Positions 7,662 through 14,546 of a stretch of DNA of 26,680 nucleotides are shown piece after piece. Location: the NCBI GenBank assembly GCA_038058205.1, contig JBBUBO010000036.1:1-26680 (forward strand), in the 5' to 3' direction. The DNA is from Patescibacteria group bacterium. Lineage in GTDB: Bacteria; Patescibacteriota; Minisyncoccia; Phycocordibacterales; UBA9973. A program made the position numbers and the translations under genes. The number at the start of each line of letters is the position of its first letter. The stretch's first letter is position 1. The notes under the pieces are model-generated. The model was not told the origin of the DNA. It saw only the letters and a list, made by a program, of their open reading frames with translations, and did no database searches.

Positions 7662-7693
7662 TCTCCCCTGACAAGGGGAGACTAAGAGGGGTT
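7662..7693 (-). repeat. CCCTCTCC/AGGAGGG-family single unit (locus C, reverse orientation)
   Basis: TCTCCCCT-GACA-AGGGGAGA-CTAAGAGGGGTT. Confidence 0.75.
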
Positions 7694-7776
7694 TTAAAGA
7701 AAAAAAGTGAGATATTATTAAAGAATTAGTTGCTAGTTTCTAGAAGCTAATCGCTAGTCCCTTTAACCTAATTCAA

Positions 7777-7962
7777 ATGGCAAAAACATCAGTCATAGCT
7801 CGAAGTAAAAAGAAACCAAAATTCAGCACTCGGAAAAAGAACCGATGTTTTCGTTGTGGCCGAGGTAATGCTTTTATGCGAGATTTCGGTATTTGTCGTA
7901 TTTGTTTTAGAGAATTAGCAAATGAAGGAATGCTTCCGGGTGTTCGTAAATCAAGTTGGTAG
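7777..7962 (+). CDS. rpsN: 30S ribosomal protein S14, zinc-binding type Z
   Basis: 61 aa; [28 protein letters not shown] (CxxC-x12-CxxC). Confidence 0.99.
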   Translation: MAKTSVIARSKKKPKFSTRKKNRCFRCGRGNAFMRDFGICRICFRELANEGMLPGVRKSSW

Positions 7963-7968
7963 GTAATC

Positions 7969-8039
7969 AATTATCAATTACGAATTAAGAATTTCAAATT
8001 AATAATCAATTCGTAATCCGTAATTAAAAATTCGTAATT
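7969..8039. repeat. Heptamer-periodic AATTACG/ATTCGTA inverted array
   Basis: aattatc aattacg aattaag aatttca ... attcgta atccgta attaaaa attcgta. Confidence 0.7.
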
Positions 8040-8046
8040 AAATCAA

Positions 8047-8433
8047 ATGGATTCAATTTCAAACATGTTAATAGTTATGAAGAATGGTAGTCTAGCAGGT
8101 AAAGAATCTGTTATTTTTCCATTTTCTAAAATGAAACAAGCAATTGCTGAATGCTTAAAAAAGGAAGGCTATGTAAACAATGTTTCAAAGAAAGTTAAAA
8201 AAGATCAGCAAGTTTTGGAAGTGGAATTACTTTATGTAGACAAGAAGCCAAAGATCGCTGAAGTAGAAAGAATTTCCAAACAATCCAAACGTGTTTATTT
8301 TGGAATCAGGGATATTCGTTCCGTCAGAAATGGGACAGGGTTGCTCGTGCTTTCAACTCCAAAAGGAATTTTATCAGGCAAAACCGCAAAAACTGAGCAG
8401 GTCGGAGGGGAGGCATTATTTAGAGTTTGGTAG
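8047..8433 (+). CDS. rpsH: 30S ribosomal protein S8 (uS8)
   Basis: MDSISNML..LKKEGYV..RISKQSKRVY..GLLVLSTPKGILS..VGGEAL. Confidence 0.99.
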   Translation: MDSISNMLIVMKNGSLAGKESVIFPFSKMKQAIAECLKKEGYVNNVSKKVKKDQQVLEVELLYVDKKPKIAEVERISKQSKRVYFGIRDIRSVRNGTGLLVLSTPKGILSGKTAKTEQVGGEALFRVW

Positions 8434-8464
8434 TTCACAAGTTCACTATTTATAATAAAAATTT

Positions 8465-8998
8465 ATGTCAAGAATAGGCAAACAAGAAATATTAATACCA
8501 GCCGGAGTAAAAGTCAGCCAAAATGGCTCTACTTTGACTGTGACCGGACCAAAAGGGGCACTCACGAAAAATTTTAGAGATGATATCACTATTGCCATAA
8601 CTGATAAAATAGTTAATTTAAATATTAAAAGAAACGACAAATTTTCCAAATCTCTCTGGGGCACTTATGCTTCACACATAAAAAACATGATTGCCGGCGT
8701 GATCAATCCTTATCAAAAGAAATTGATATTAGAAGGAGTGGGTTTTAAATCAGAAGTGAAGGGCGACAAATTTAACTTTGCTTTAGGTTTTTCTCACCCA
8801 GTTGTGGTGGAAATTCCAAAAGGCATTACAGCTACAGCTGAAAAGAATGTTATTACGATTACCGGTATTGACAAAGAATTAGTCGGTAGTTTTACCGCAG
8901 CAGTTCGCGCATTGAAAAAACCAGAGCCTTATAAAGGTAAAGGTATGCGTTATGAAAACGAGGTCATCAGACGCAAACAAGGCAAGAAAACTGTCTAA
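8465..8998 (+). CDS. rplF: 50S ribosomal protein L6 (uL6)
   Basis: MSRIGKQ..VTGPKGAL..LGFSHPV..GIDKELVG..PEPYKGKGMRY. Confidence 0.99.
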   Translation: MSRIGKQEILIPAGVKVSQNGSTLTVTGPKGALTKNFRDDITIAITDKIVNLNIKRNDKFSKSLWGTYASHIKNMIAGVINPYQKKLILEGVGFKSEVKGDKFNFALGFSHPVVVEIPKGITATAEKNVITITGIDKELVGSFTAAVRALKKPEPYKGKGMRYENEVIRRKQGKKTV

Positions 8999-9003
8999 AT
9001 AAT

Positions 9004-9369
9004 ATGATAAAGAAAACAGACAAAAGAATACGTTTAAAGAAAAAAATTAGAGTGAAGATTCACGGCACAGAAACACGTCCGAGACTCACAGTTTTTCGTT
9101 CTAATAAATTTATCTATGCGCAAGTTATAAATGACAACACTGGCAAGACTATCGTGCAAGCAAGTGACCTGCTTCGACTAGGCAAGGCGGGTGTAAAAAT
9201 GAAAAAAGGTACTAAAACTGAAAGAGCAAAAGAAGTCGGCGCGTTGATTGGCGAGGCTTGCAAGACAGCAAAAATAAATAAAGTCGTTTTTGATCGCAAT
9301 GGATTTAAATATACCGGCCGAATAAAATTAGTAGCAGATGGAGCGCGAACTGCAGGACTGCAGTTCTAG
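9004..9369 (+). CDS. rplR: 50S ribosomal protein L18 (uL18)
   Basis: RPRLTVFRSNKFIYAQVIND..VVFDRNGFKYTGRIKLVADGARTAGLQF. Confidence 0.99.
   Translation: MIKKTDKRIRLKKKIRVKIHGTETRPRLTVFRSNKFIYAQVINDNTGKTIVQASDLLRLGKAGVKMKKGTKTERAKEVGALIGEACKTAKINKVVFDRNGFKYTGRIKLVADGARTAGLQF
9168..9191. repeat. 24-nt GC-rich imperfect palindrome in-frame inside rplR
   Basis: CCTGCTT-CGACTAGGCA-AGGCGGG; corresponds to the 8 residues LLRLGKAG. Confidence 0.55.
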
Positions 9370-9393
9370 TTATAAAGTTCATAAAGTAAAAAT

Positions 9394-9960
9394 ATGGAAA
9401 AAGAAAAAATACATGAAAAAAAGAATAACAGGAGAGGTTCTTCTTTCGCGCGACCAAAGCCAGAATTTGATCAAAAGATTTTGAACATTCGCCGAGTGAC
9501 AAGAGTTGTAGCGGGGGGACGCCGATTTTCCTTCAGTGTCGCATTGATAGCGGGAGATAAAAAGGGCTCTGTGGGCTTGGGTCTGGGCAAGGCGGGGGAT
9601 ACTGCGCTTGCGATAAACAAAGCTGTCCGCAACGCAAAGAGGAATATGGTTAAATTAAAATTAACTAAAACCATGTCTATTCCACATGAACTTTCAGCCA
9701 AGTTTTCTAGCGCGAAAATAGTGCTCATGCCGAATTATGGCCGTGGACTCGTTGCGGGTTCAGTCGTTCGCGACATCGTCAAACTTTCCGGCATGAAAGA
9801 CATAACTGGCAAAATCTTGTCCAAGAGTAAAAACAAATTAAATAATGCGAAAGCGGTCATGTTAGCATTTTCTACCATATCTTCAAAATACACCAAACCT
9901 TTAGCTGATAATGTAGTTGCTACTCCAGAAGAAATTATTATTCCACAAGTCGAAAAATAA
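9394..9960 (+). CDS. rpsE: 30S ribosomal protein S5 (uS5)
   Basis: IRRVTRVVAGGRRFSFSVALIAGDKKGSVGLGLGKA..AINKA..GLVAGSVVR. Confidence 0.99.
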   Translation: MEKEKIHEKKNNRRGSSFARPKPEFDQKILNIRRVTRVVAGGRRFSFSVALIAGDKKGSVGLGLGKAGDTALAINKAVRNAKRNMVKLKLTKTMSIPHELSAKFSSAKIVLMPNYGRGLVAGSVVRDIVKLSGMKDITGKILSKSKNKLNNAKAVMLAFSTISSKYTKPLADNVVATPEEIIIPQVEK

Positions 9961-10028
9961 ATTTACCTCTTCGTAAATTTTTGATGGAGATAAAGATAAA
10001 CATTATTAATAAAAATTTTACTACTGGG

Positions 10029-10346
10029 ATGCAGATACATAATCTAAAAAGACAATTTAAGAATAAAAAAGATCGACTCGTCGGTCGTGGTGGCAAACAT
10101 GCGAAGACTTCTGGCCGTGGAGGCAAGGGGCAGACAGCTCGAGCGGGGAACAAGCGTCGCCCAGAACTTCGTGATATTATTAAGAAGTTACCAAAGAATC
10201 GTGGGTATAGATTTAGTTCAGTGAAAAAACCTTTTAAACTTTCAAAAGATAAAGTGCTTGCTGGAGGTGGGAAAACAAAGTTAGAATCATTTTCTGAAAT
10301 TCGAAAGCGTTTAGGTATCAAAGGAAGACATATACTCATAAAGTAA
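10029..10346 (+). CDS. rplO: 50S ribosomal protein L15 (uL15), C-terminally truncated/divergent
   Basis: MQIHNLK..VGRGG..KTSGRGGKGQTARAG..LPKNRG; ATG 10029 matches the usual uL15 start; 105 aa. Confidence 0.93.
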   Translation: MQIHNLKRQFKNKKDRLVGRGGKHAKTSGRGGKGQTARAGNKRRPELRDIIKKLPKNRGYRFSSVKKPFKLSKDKVLAGGGKTKLESFSEIRKRLGIKGRHILIK

Positions 10347-10347
10347 A

Positions 10348-11619
10348 ATGCAAAATTTCTTCAACAAAATAAAATTAGTCTGGACCGATACAACACTCAG
10401 AAAAAAGGTTTTGTTTGTCTTTTTCTCTTTAATTATTTTCAGACTGCTCGCAGCTATCCCAATCCCGGGTATTGATACTTTAGAGCTAAATAGATTTCTC
10501 TCAAACAACCAATTCTTTGGTATCTTGAATATTTTTTCTGGTGGCGGACTTTCTAACCTTTCTATTATCATGCTTGGTGTCGGTCCGTACATTACAGCAT
10601 CAATTATTTTACAGCTGATGACTATCATGGTTCCTGCTTTAAAGAAGATTTATAGCGAGGAAGGCGAAATGGGCAGAAAGAAATTTACCCAATATGGCAG
10701 ACTTCTGACTGTTCCATTGGCGGCTATTCAAGGCTTTGCGCTTTTGGCTATTCTTGAAAATCAAAATATTTTAGTAAACTTATCTGCTTTTGATCGCATT
10801 ACAAATTTATTTATCGTTGTAGCAGGCTCGATACTTTTAATGTGGATAGGCGAACTGATGTCTGAATTTGGTATCGGCAATGGTGTGTCGCTTATTATTT
10901 TCGCCGGCATTGTTGCTGGTCTTCCGTCTGCAATTAGCGAAATGTTGTTTACTTTTGATGTTTCTCAAATTCCGCTTTATCTGGCTTTTGCGGTCGTCGG
11001 TGCGTTGGTTATTGCTGGCATTGTTCTCGTCACCGAGGCTGAACGTCCTATCCCTGTGACTTATGCCAAGCGTGTACGAGGCATGAAAATGTATGGGGGT
11101 GGTTCTACTTATTTGCCTCTTCGAGTGAATCAAGCTGGAGTTATTCCGATAATTTTTGCTCTTTCCATTCTTCTTTTTCCTCAGATGATCGGCACTTTCT
11201 TGTCTCGCTTTAGTAATGTAATAGTTGCTAAAATTTCTAGTTTCTTTCTCTTATTTAATCAGACTTCTGTGCTTTATGCAGTTTCATATTTTATTCTAGT
11301 TTTCTTATTTACTTATTTTTACACTGCAGTTACTTTTGATCCAGAAGCATTGTCTACAAATCTGCAAAAGAATGGCGCATTTATTCCGGGTATTCGTCCA
11401 GGAGCGTCCACTTCCCAGTACATTTCGAGTGTCCTAACCCGCATTACCTTACTCGGAGCTGTTTTTCTTGGGTTTATCGCCGTTTTGCCTATTATCATGC
11501 AAAATGTCACAGGTATTACGACTCTTGCTCTTGGTGGAACTTCTGTCCTCATCGTTGTTTCTGTTGTTTTAGACTTTATGAAAAAAGTAGATTCTCAAGT
11601 ATCAATGCGGGAATACTAA
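10348..11619 (+). CDS. secY: Preprotein translocase subunit SecY
   Basis: ~10 TM segments; LGVGPYITASII, GIGNGVSLIIF, PLRVNQAGVIPIIFA, FIPGIRPG, GGTSVLIVV. Confidence 0.99.
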   Translation: MQNFFNKIKLVWTDTTLRKKVLFVFFSLIIFRLLAAIPIPGIDTLELNRFLSNNQFFGILNIFSGGGLSNLSIIMLGVGPYITASIILQLMTIMVPALKKIYSEEGEMGRKKFTQYGRLLTVPLAAIQGFALLAILENQNILVNLSAFDRITNLFIVVAGSILLMWIGELMSEFGIGNGVSLIIFAGIVAGLPSAISEMLFTFDVSQIPLYLAFAVVGALVIAGIVLVTEAERPIPVTYAKRVRGMKMYGGGSTYLPLRVNQAGVIPIIFALSILLFPQMIGTFLSRFSNVIVAKISSFFLLFNQTSVLYAVSYFILVFLFTYFYTAVTFDPEALSTNLQKNGAFIPGIRPGASTSQYISSVLTRITLLGAVFLGFIAVLPIIMQNVTGITTLALGGTSVLIVVSVVLDFMKKVDSQVSMREY

Positions 11620-11687
11620 ATTAAAAAGCTTTAAAATAAAGGGTTTTTGAGTGTTGCAATTCAATGTTGAATGTACCCTTTTTGAGC

Positions 11688-11716
11688 TTGACAAGTAGGT
11701 CAGGATATGCTATACT
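11688..11716 (+). promoter_or_regulatory. Near-consensus sigma70 promoter
   Basis: TTGACA-17 nt-TATACT with extended TG at 11708-11709. Confidence 0.8.
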
Positions 11717-11804
11717 TTATACAGATTTATGGTCGCTGAAAATATAATAGGTTTTACGTGTTTATTTACCTCAATCTGGGCCAAAGGCCCATTCTCAAGG
11801 GAGA

Positions 11805-12104
11805 ATGATTATGCCTAAACGTACGATACTAGCCCTCGTATCCCTTGTTTTTTTTCTGGGTGCCCTTTATTGGGTTAACGAGGAGAGGATAAGTGCCCTA
11901 GAAGAACAAGGGCGCTTATTAGAGGAATTGTCGACAACACAACAACAGTTGTTCGACATTAAAAAAGAAGTCCTCGGGCTTCAAGAAGAATTGCTGGGGG
12001 AAAAACAGAAAGTCATTCTTCTTCTCAAGCAGAATCTTGCCGAAAAGGATAGTGTCCTACTCCAACTCCGTAAGGAACTGGCAATGGCGAAGGGAAAAAA
12101 GTAG
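11805..12104 (+). CDS. Hypothetical small protein, N-terminal TM helix plus coiled coil (start 11805 or 11811)
   Basis: ILALVSLVFFLGALYWV hydrophobic stretch, then a Leu/Glu/Gln/Lys heptad-like region; own promoter and terminator. Confidence 0.75.
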   Translation: MIMPKRTILALVSLVFFLGALYWVNEERISALEEQGRLLEELSTTQQQLFDIKKEVLGLQEELLGEKQKVILLLKQNLAEKDSVLLQLRKELAMAKGKK

Positions 12105-12128
12105 CATCGGGGTGAAAGCCCCAAAAAG

Positions 12129-12170
12129 AAAGCCCAGTCGGACATCGCGTCGACTGGGCTTTTGTAATTT
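12129..12170 (+). terminator. Rho-independent terminator
   Basis: AAAGCCCAGTCG-N10-CGACTGGGCTTT then TGTAATTT. Confidence 0.8.
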
Positions 12171-12174
12171 TTAC

Positions 12175-12247
12175 GGGTGTCAAAGGGGGTGTCAAAGGGG
12201 GTGTCAAAGGGGGTGTCAAAGGGGGTGTCAAAGGTGCCCTTTGACAC
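12175..12247. repeat. Tandem array of 5 x 12-bp GGGTGTCAAAGG plus an inverted CCTTTGACAC
   Basis: Units start at 12175, 12187, 12199, 12211 and 12223; inverted copy at 12238-12247. Confidence 0.95.
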
Positions 12248-12344
12248 TAAAAGAAGAATTATAAATTACCTAATTATTACGACCGTTAAAGTTAGGTAAT
12301 TTTTATTTCTTGATTTTTCTCTGAAAAAATTGTAAACTTGGCCT

Positions 12345-12475
12345 ATGAATCCCGTTAGAAATTACTCAGTTTGTTTATATTGCGGGAGACATTGTAATAA
12401 CAATCAATTATTTAGTCGCTATTATTAAAATTAACTACGGAAATCTAGAGATTTCCTATTTTTAACGGGATGAAT
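12345..12475. mobile_element. MITE-like 119-bp insertion at the adk start codon
   Basis: ATGAAT direct repeats (12345-12350, 12470-12475) flank CCCGTTAGAAA...TTTTTAACGGG inverted ends (10/11 match). Confidence 0.55.
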
Positions 12476-13060
12476 TCAAAGGCTTTTATCTTTTTTGGAC
12501 GCTCTGGGTGCGGTAAAGGAACTCAAGTAAAACTACTCTTGGACTTTTTAAAATCTCAAAATAAAGAAGTTGTTTTGATTGAAACAGGTAGTACTTTTCG
12601 GGAGCTTTCAAGTTCTGAGAGTTATGCTGGTAAATTAATTGGAGATATTTTAAAAACAGGTAGACTCATCCCGATATTCTTGCCGATTTGGATTTGGACA
12701 GAAAATTTGGTGAAAAAATATACCGGCACGGAAGATTTAATCTTTGATGGTATTTGTCGTCGTTATGAAGAATCAGTTTCTATCGATTCAGCTTTTGATT
12801 TTTATAATATTGAAAAGCCAAATATCATTTTAATGAATGTTTCCAAAGAATGGTCTTTTACTAGAATGATGGAGCGCAAAAGGGCAGACGATACGCCGGA
12901 GAAAATACAAAATAGACTTGATTGGTTTGAAAAAGACGTCACGCCAGCAATTAATTTTTTCAAAAATAAAGACAGATATAATTTTATTGAAATAAACGGC
13001 GAGCAAACAGTTGAAGAAGTACATAAAGAGATTATTAACAAGTTAGCCTCTAGCTTCTAG
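12470..13060 (+). CDS. adk: Adenylate/nucleoside monophosphate kinase, short-LID type
   Basis: P-loop GRSGCGKGTQ; IFDGICR; ERKRADDTPEKIQNRL; INGEQTVEEVHKEI. Confidence 0.85.
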   Translation: MNSKAFIFFGRSGCGKGTQVKLLLDFLKSQNKEVVLIETGSTFRELSSSESYAGKLIGDILKTGRLIPIFLPIWIWTENLVKKYTGTEDLIFDGICRRYEESVSIDSAFDFYNIEKPNIILMNVSKEWSFTRMMERKRADDTPEKIQNRLDWFEKDVTPAINFFKNKDRYNFIEINGEQTVEEVHKEIINKLASSF

Positions 13061-13070
13061 CAACTAATTT

Positions 13071-13748
13071 ATGGAAACAATCATCATTTCGCTTGGAGGT
13101 TCTCTTATCGTCCCAGACAGTATAGATACGGATTTTTTAAGTATTTTTAAATCTTTAATTCTTTCGCATGTTGCTAAAGGTAAAAAGTTTGTGATCATTA
13201 CCGGTGGGGGAAAAATTTGTCGTAGATATCAAAATGTTGCTAAAGAAATTTCTACACCATCATCTTTGGATTTGGACTGGATTGGTATTGCTTCTTTAAA
13301 ATTAAATGCAGAACTTTTGAGAGTAGTTTTTGGAGAATATGCCCATGAGACAGTGATTGCTGATTTATCTGAACATTTTACTTTTGAAAAACCAATCGTT
13401 GTCGGCTCTGCCTGCAAACCAGGATGGAGCTCAGATGTGGATGCAGTTTGGGCAGCAAAAACAGTTGGAGCAAAAAGAATAATTAATCTATCAAATATAG
13501 ATTATGCTTATGACAAAGATCCAAATAAATATCCGGATGCGAAAAAAATAGAACAAATTTCATGGTCTGAATATCGCGCACTGATTCCCAAAGAATGGAA
13601 TCCAGGACTTAGTACTCCTTTTGACCCTATTGCTTCACAAATAGCAGAAAAAGAAAAAATGGAAGTTTATATAATGAATGGTAAAAATATCTCTAATTTA
13701 GAAAAATGTTTAAATGGGGAAGAATTTGAGGGGACTAGAATTTTTTAA
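13071..13748 (+). CDS. pyrH: UMP kinase (archaeal-type pyrH)
   Basis: IISLGGSLIVP..IITGGGKICRRYQ..DWIGIASLKLNA..PGWSSDVDA..AYDKDP..PFDP..FEGTRI. Confidence 0.92.
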   Translation: METIIISLGGSLIVPDSIDTDFLSIFKSLILSHVAKGKKFVIITGGGKICRRYQNVAKEISTPSSLDLDWIGIASLKLNAELLRVVFGEYAHETVIADLSEHFTFEKPIVVGSACKPGWSSDVDAVWAAKTVGAKRIINLSNIDYAYDKDPNKYPDAKKIEQISWSEYRALIPKEWNPGLSTPFDPIASQIAEKEKMEVYIMNGKNISNLEKCLNGEEFEGTRIF

Positions 13749-13757
13749 AATCATCTA

Positions 13758-14534
13758 ATGATCATCATCAAAACACCAGAAGAAATAAAAATTTTGCGCG
13801 AAGGTGGCAAAACTTTGGCGACGGTGCTTTATAAAGTTAAAGACAAAGTGGCTGTTGGTATTTCTACTAAAGAATTAGATGATTACGCTTTCAAGTTGAT
13901 AAAAGAGATGGGTGATGAGCCTGCATTTTTAAATTATCGTCCGGCTGGCGCAAAGGTGGCTTTTCCGGCAAGTCTTTGTATTTCTGTGAATGATGAAGTT
14001 GTTCATGGCATACCGAGCAAAGACAGAATTTTAAAAGAAGGTGATATAGTTGCATTGGACATTGGATTAAAACATGGGGGTCTTTATACTGATATGGCTA
14101 TTACTGTGCCCGTAGGTGCTGTAAATGTGGGTAGTCAGGTGTTAATGGATGTTACGAAACAAGCGCTTCAAGTGGGTGTTGATGTTGCACGAGTGGGGAA
14201 TACTGTCGGGGATATTGGTTTTGCGATAGAACAATTTGTGCGTTCACGGCAAGAAAATAAGTATGGAATTGTGGAAGTTTTATCCGGACACGGTGTCGGA
14301 CGGGCGATTCATGAGGATCCATACATTCCGAATTTTGGGAAAAAGGGAAAAGGAGAAAAATTGGTGACGGGGATGGTAGTAGCCATAGAACCAATGTTAA
14401 ACAATGGAACAAAAAAAGTGACTTTAGATGAAGATGGCTACACTTTTCGTACAGCAGACGGCAAAAAAAGCGCGCATTTTGAACACACTATTTTGATTAC
14501 GGATGGTGAACCTGAAATTCTAACGAAGATTTGA
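13758..14534 (+). CDS. map: Type I methionine aminopeptidase
   Basis: FPASLCISVNDEVVHGIP..GDIVALDIG..YTDMAIT..GHGVG..IHEDP..AIEPM..SAHFEHTI. Confidence 0.99.
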   Translation: MIIIKTPEEIKILREGGKTLATVLYKVKDKVAVGISTKELDDYAFKLIKEMGDEPAFLNYRPAGAKVAFPASLCISVNDEVVHGIPSKDRILKEGDIVALDIGLKHGGLYTDMAITVPVGAVNVGSQVLMDVTKQALQVGVDVARVGNTVGDIGFAIEQFVRSRQENKYGIVEVLSGHGVGRAIHEDPYIPNFGKKGKGEKLVTGMVVAIEPMLNNGTKKVTLDEDGYTFRTADGKKSAHFEHTILITDGEPEILTKI

Positions 14535-14546
14535 TATAATTAAATC

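Noticed and set aside
12175-12247. CRISPR array
   Set aside because: The 12-bp units are contiguous with no unique spacers, and no cas genes are present.
11981-12264. ORFs with periodic peptides (PFDT, TPPL, CQRG; 11981-12247, 12025-12231, 12037-12264)
   Set aside because: They are translations of the 12-bp repeat, and they overlap the better-supported ORF and its terminator.
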